In this document: one piece after another, positions 59,749 to 64,000 of the stretch
How positions within the stretch are numbered: the first letter of the stretch is position 1
Layout: the number at the start of each line of letters is the position of its first letter
Assembly: GCA_951813565.1 (NCBI GenBank)
Contig: OX638351.1
Coordinates: 5,184,001 to 5,248,000, forward strand
Origin: an uncultured Poribacteria bacterium
Lineage (GTDB): Bacteria > Poribacteria > WGA-4E > WGA-3G
DNA: 64,000 bases
Direction of reading: 5' to 3'
The notes under the pieces: generated by a model
What the model was told of the DNA's origin: nothing
Databases searched by the model: none
What the model saw: the letters and a program-made list of their open reading frames with translations, nothing else
Made by a program: the position numbers and the translations under genes

Positions 59749-60561
59749 CTAACGATTTCCTCCACGACGTCCTCTGGTACCACCGCGCTCCCGAAATTCA
59801 CGGATCATCCGTTCACGATCCCCTCGCGAAGCATTTTGAAATCTCCTCTGCATCTCCCTCATCTTTGCCATCTCTTGCGCCTTCATTTTTTCAGCGGCTG
59901 CTTTTGCCTTATCATCATCTTTATCAGAGGATTTAGATGAGGATTCATTATTATCACTTTCGTTCCGATTAGCACTTTCCGATCTGGACGGACTACTGCG
60001 GCGCGAACCACCAGAACCCAGAAACTGTATATTTCCTCTTCTGAGCGTGATCGTTTCACCATTTTTGTCCAAAGTGACCTTCTTCTGTTCAATTTCCTTA
60101 ACGACAGTATCACCCACTTTATCGCCAACACGGGCTACATAAAATTGATTTGAACGTTGTTCTAACACAAACGCCTCCGATGGTCCACCGTTCGGGTCGA
60201 AAGCTGTACCGATTAGGGTATATTCAGGTTCTTTATTAGGTGGTCTCCAACCGAGCGGACGAAAAAGATTATTGTCAACAATCATACCGTAAAAATCGGA
60301 GCTATTATCTGCCTCAGAACTATTGGAACGTTGCTGTCCACCCCAGTTCGACGCTTGCTGACGACCTTGTGCTGACCAGTTCTGTTGACGGTTGCGAAAC
60401 TGTGCTGACCGTTGTGCCGCTTGCGGACTCATTTGTCTTTCTTTAACCGCAATAAGTTTCTCTTTAGTCTCATTCTGTGCTTGTAGTTTTACCCCAATTA
60501 AGAGTAGTAACCCTACTACACAACTTATTCCTAAAAAAACGAGAATTTTTGAATACTTCAC
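59749..60561 (-). CDS. Membrane-anchored GspC/PilP-like domain protein (paralog of 57128-57904)
   Basis: Shared IVDNNLFRPLGWRPPN.EP.YTLIGTA core; same AAGGAGAATATAGTG start context. Confidence 0.6.
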   Translation of the reverse strand: MKYSKILVFLGISCVVGLLLLIGVKLQAQNETKEKLIAVKERQMSPQAAQRSAQFRNRQQNWSAQGRQQASNWGGQQRSNSSEADNSSDFYGMIVDNNLFRPLGWRPPNKEPEYTLIGTAFDPNGGPSEAFVLEQRSNQFYVARVGDKVGDTVVKEIEQKKVTLDKNGETITLRRGNIQFLGSGGSRRSSPSRSESANRNESDNNESSSKSSDKDDDKAKAAAEKMKAQEMAKMREMQRRFQNASRGDRERMIREFRERGGTRGRRGGNR

Positions 60562-61088
60562 TATATTCTCCTTGTTTGCAGTACGATGTGAATCACTATA
60601 AACCTGCAAAGCATCTTTTCATTTAGTTTGACTATTTTGGTCGTAAAAAGTTCATTTTTTTTTAGATTCCACTATTAATAACTATAGTTTGGACATTTTT
60701 TTATATGTGAGTTCAATATAAGAGATCGATTTATACATCTGTTAACAATTTTGACGCAACACACAAAACAGAAACCCTCTTTGCTCCAGCAGAGCAATAT
60801 GTTTATAGCAACAGTATGAACCGTCATATCCGCTCCAGCGGAGCGGTCCGTAGTGAACTGGCACATAGCACTCTGCTGGAGTGCGAGAATGTGTACATTA
60901 TGTTTTCTATAGACATAGCACTCCGCTGGAGTGCAGCATTTTCGCGGGGTTCCATTGATATGAGAAACTCGCAAAAAAATAGATTCTCCATTGAAAACTC
61001 AACTATCACTGAACAAGAATTGTCAAAACTTTAGTATTAATAATTTTACTACATTTTTTACCTGATGTCAAGTTTCCTAATAATGAGG

Positions 61089-62138
61089 CAGGGTTATTCA
61101 GTGTTATGAATTTTCATTTTATAAGGTTAATTGCGAGTTTAGGTTTTGAAGCGAGATATTTGATTGTATCAGAGATAGCTGTATACCCTGCAAATCGTCC
61201 TACCGATAATGCTGTATTACGATTTGCTGCCATAACTTGTGGTATAGCACCGCATCGGACAGGAGAGGCATCTTCTACAAGCACCGTTCCTCGCATCCAG
61301 TGCGACTTGTTCTCTATTGACCAATGTCCACGCCGTCCAGTCAGTAAGCGTTCGGCAGATGCTGCTGCGGGTTTTAGACTTGTTATACCATAGTGGACTT
61401 TTGTGTGTTTCTTCTTTTGTGTTCAGACTTTTGTCCGTCCAATGATATTGGATCACTTGTGCTATCCCTGGCCAGTCCAGATACGCATTGAGGCTTGTGC
61501 TTGCTTTGGGACACCTTGTCTCAAGTCTCCCATGTGATTTTTCAACTGTCTCGTAAATGTGGATCGGTTTTCCTAAAACAGGGTGTGTTGTCTCCTCAGA
61601 AAGTGTGTCAGGAACGTCTTGAAAAAGTTTCTCAATCGCATCTAAAAGGTCAGGTTGGTTGTCTTTGACAGGGAGCACATAGTCGCCTTCACGCTCTATG
61701 ATGGCATGGCAGAAAGTTCGCTGTGTCAAATTCTTAGAGTTTCTTCTAATGCCTCAACATCTAACTTTTTCAATAGATTATGGATAGTTGCAGCACAAGG
61801 TGTTATCTTCTTTGTGAAACCGAGTGCTTTTGCGAGTGCTGGTTGTGAGCGTGCCCAAATAGCGATTGATGTCCACCCTTTATGTCCGCACATCAATCCG
61901 ATAACGACAAGTGCAAGGATTGATGTCAGCGGATGTCGTTTCCCTTTATTCTTGCGTGGGTCTTCAAGTTTTGCTAACATATCTATCAAGTGGCAAGATT
62001 TTCTTCTTGTCATTATTCACCTCAAAATAGGTCGTTTTAAGGTGAACTATAGCAGATATGGTGTAAAAAAACACGCTATATCTGCTTTTCATAAAAAATA
62101 AATACTTGTGAAAAAATTTCGAAAACTGAATAACCCTG
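61089..62138 (-). mobile_element. Degenerate ISAs1-family element
   Basis: IRs CAGGGTTATTCAG / CTGAATAACCCTG around transposase fragments. Confidence 0.85.
61110..62013 (-). pseudogene. ISAs1 transposase pseudogene with internal deletion and frameshifts; 3' limit approximate
   Basis: Fragments DPR...GKRHPL, GDYVL.VKDNQ, EKSHGRLETR in different frames; central catalytic region absent. Confidence 0.85.
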
Positions 62139-62406
62139 AACGGAAAGGGTGAGTGTTGAGGATGTTTGTCAACAACTCGGGATACATTGGTATCGTTCTG
62201 TGAACCTCACACTCGGATTGCGTGTCGCTTTTCTGCGCTTGCGAATAGCGCAAACGTTATTTTCTGTGAGTTCAAAACAAAAATCATACATGCAGAATAT
62301 TGCACATATCTTTCAACAAATCAAAGATAAACCTATGGACAAGCCTACTTGAATATAATAATATTGTCCAAACTTTAGCGTGCAGGTGCATAAGTCCTGA
62401 CTATAA

Positions 62407-62597
62407 TAACCTAAGTTGCTACGGACAAGATTTCAAGTTAGCAAACACTGCTTTTTACTGAAAAACAAGGCTTTTTCGCTGATTCTTATGTTTTTTGTTC
62501 TAAAATCCAAATCAACACCAAATGCGCGTTTGGTATTTGGCGGGGTTAGAAACCCCTCCTACAAGAGCATTTGCGAAATAGGTGGCAACTTGGGTTA
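62407..62597. mobile_element. MITE family B copy 3, carrying a 34-nt micro-insertion
   Basis: 191 bp versus 156 bp for its sisters; extra unit at 62508-62541. Confidence 0.78.
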
Positions 62598-62665
62598 TAA
62601 TAACAGGAATCTAATATTAACCACACTGATAATGTCAACATATCCTAACTATTGTAAAGAATTGA

Positions 62666-62983
62666 TCAATATGAACCGTGTGTATTAGATTCTCGGATTT
62701 TGCTTACTCGCGATCTTGGTGTTACAAAACGAGTTATAACAAAGTAGATTAGCCATGTCAAACCGAAAGGCACAGCAAAAGTAATAAGAAATTCAGCAGC
62801 AAAATATAGTTCCGTCCCCAACGGCCAGGGTGCGTTAAGCGGCATAGCACCCATTTTCCGATAAGACATTAATCTAAGAAAGTCCATGTAAAGATATGAT
62901 TTTGTTATCCCCCAAAACCCGAATAGAAGGGACGATATAAGAGTTAGGATGAAAAAACCTCGCTTCCAGATGATTGATTTCAT
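62666..62983 (-). CDS. Hypothetical two-TM membrane protein
   Basis: Two hydrophobic helices; AAGGGG RBS. Confidence 0.55.
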   Translation of the reverse strand: MKSIIWKRGFFILTLISSLLFGFWGITKSYLYMDFLRLMSYRKMGAMPLNAPWPLGTELYFAAEFLITFAVPFGLTWLIYFVITRFVTPRSRVSKIRESNTHGSY

Positions 62984-63059
62984 TGGATACCCCCTTGTGA
63001 GTTAGGTCTACTTACATTTTTCATGTTTGGTTATGTGGTGTTATAGTACCGCATAAGCG

Positions 63060-64000
63060 TTAATATCGCGTAATCGTTTCATGTAAGTTCAAAATTACCC
63101 GTGCGACAGAGGTCCATGCTGCGAGTTCAATAGGTTCAATACCTTGTGTTGCAGGTGTTTCACCCATTGCCATTAAAGTCTTCGCTGCGTCCGGGTTGTC
63201 GGTGTATTCGGTTTTGTGTTTTTCGAACAATCCTATCATAATTTCCAGCTCTTTCGGTTGTGGTAATCTTGACAGTGCTCGGTGATACGCCCAATTGATA
63301 CGGTTTTCTGGGGTCTGTCCACCTTCTTTGATAATTCGTGCAGCAAACACACGTGCCGCCTCAACGTAGGTTGGGTCATTGAGCAGTGTAAGTGCCTGCA
63401 TAGGCGTATTTGAAGTAGATCTTTCCGCAGTACACTCCTGCCTGCTCGGTGCGTCAAAAGCCATCATGCTTGGATGCAAGAAGGTGCGCTGCCAGTGGGT
63501 ATAAAGCCCTCGGCGGTACTGACTTTCACCTTTGTCATGGACATATTTGCGCTTCGGGAAGTTCAGATTTGAATAATATCCCACAGGTTGATACGGTCTA
63601 ACACTTGGCCCACCAATTTTTGGCACAAGAAGTCCGCTCAGAAGGAGTGCGTTGTCACGCACGATTTCTGCATCAAGTCGCCAGCGTGACTGACGTGCAA
63701 CAAGGCGGTTGTACGGGTCTTTTTCGCGTAACACTTCATTTGGTTTTGAAGATTGACGATAAGCGTTTGAAGTGACAATAAGTTTCACCATGTGCTTGAC
63801 GTTCCACCCACTTTCTATAAACTCTACCGCTAACCAGTCAAGTAGTTCTGAATGTACAGGTGGTTCACCTTGCGCGCCAAGGTCATCAAGAACACGGGAT
63901 ATGCCTGTTCCAAAGTAAAGCGCCCAAAGACGGTTAACAAATGTCCGTGCGGTCAATGGATTGTTCCGTGAAACAACCCATTTGGCGAGGTCAAGTCGTG
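63060..64000 (-). CDS. DUF1553 (PSD1)-domain protein, C-terminal part; gene begins beyond the window
   Basis: NPLTAR.FVNRLW, P.H.ELLDWLA, RLDAEIVRD, RR.LY, NTP.QAL.LLND. Confidence 0.9.
   Translation of the reverse strand, partial: RLDLAKWVVSRNNPLTARTFVNRLWALYFGTGISRVLDDLGAQGEPPVHSELLDWLAVEFIESGWNVKHMVKLIVTSNAYRQSSKPNEVLREKDPYNRLVARQSRWRLDAEIVRDNALLLSGLLVPKIGGPSVRPYQPVGYYSNLNFPKRKYVHDKGESQYRRGLYTHWQRTFLHPSMMAFDAPSRQECTAERSTSNTPMQALTLLNDPTYVEAARVFAARIIKEGGQTPENRINWAYHRALSRLPQPKELEIMIGLFEKHKTEYTDNPDAAKTLMAMGETPATQGIEPIELAAWTSVARVILNLHETITRY

Noticed and set aside
62416..62688. Short ORFs across intergenic repeats (also 888-1124, 8291-8548, 12160-12345, 34370-34630, 39565-39783)
   Set aside because: They are translations of MITE or REP sequence without protein-like features.

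Overview
This is a bacterial chromosomal window, most likely Candidatus Poribacteria. That assignment is an inference from three PhyH-family dioxygenases, tandem LamG proteins with the C-terminal V.P.GKL.TTW..IK tail, a dockerin-tailed protein, and sulfatase, DUF1080 and DUF1553 genes. Housekeeping content: dapL, dapB, argB, hisB, lipA, ubiA/ubiX, glgP, glgC, and a lepA-lepB-lepB-selB-tRNA-Sec run. It also holds a complete UBact-type tagging/20S proteasome locus (arc-dop-ubact-prcB-prcA-pafA), a phosphonate pair (PhnA-like hydrolase and Zn alcohol dehydrogenase), and a GHMP kinase-nucleotidyltransferase fusion. The intergenic DNA is crowded with mobile sequence: three TnpB-only IS200/IS605 elements with intact RuvC triads and resolvable ends, a degenerate ISAs1, several MITE families and GTAG-type REP hairpins. 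Three observations stand out. (1) A family of 34-41 nt micro-insertion units (CAAATCA leader plus hairpin) inserts mostly at C^G steps in REP hairpins and into each other, building nested stacks; empty and filled paralogous sites are both visible in the window. (2) A covarying, pseudoknotted 5' leader RNA precedes two divergent tnpB genes, and its P1 3' strand is repeated over the start codon. (3) A TIR element is flanked by about 20-bp duplications of a REP hairpin.
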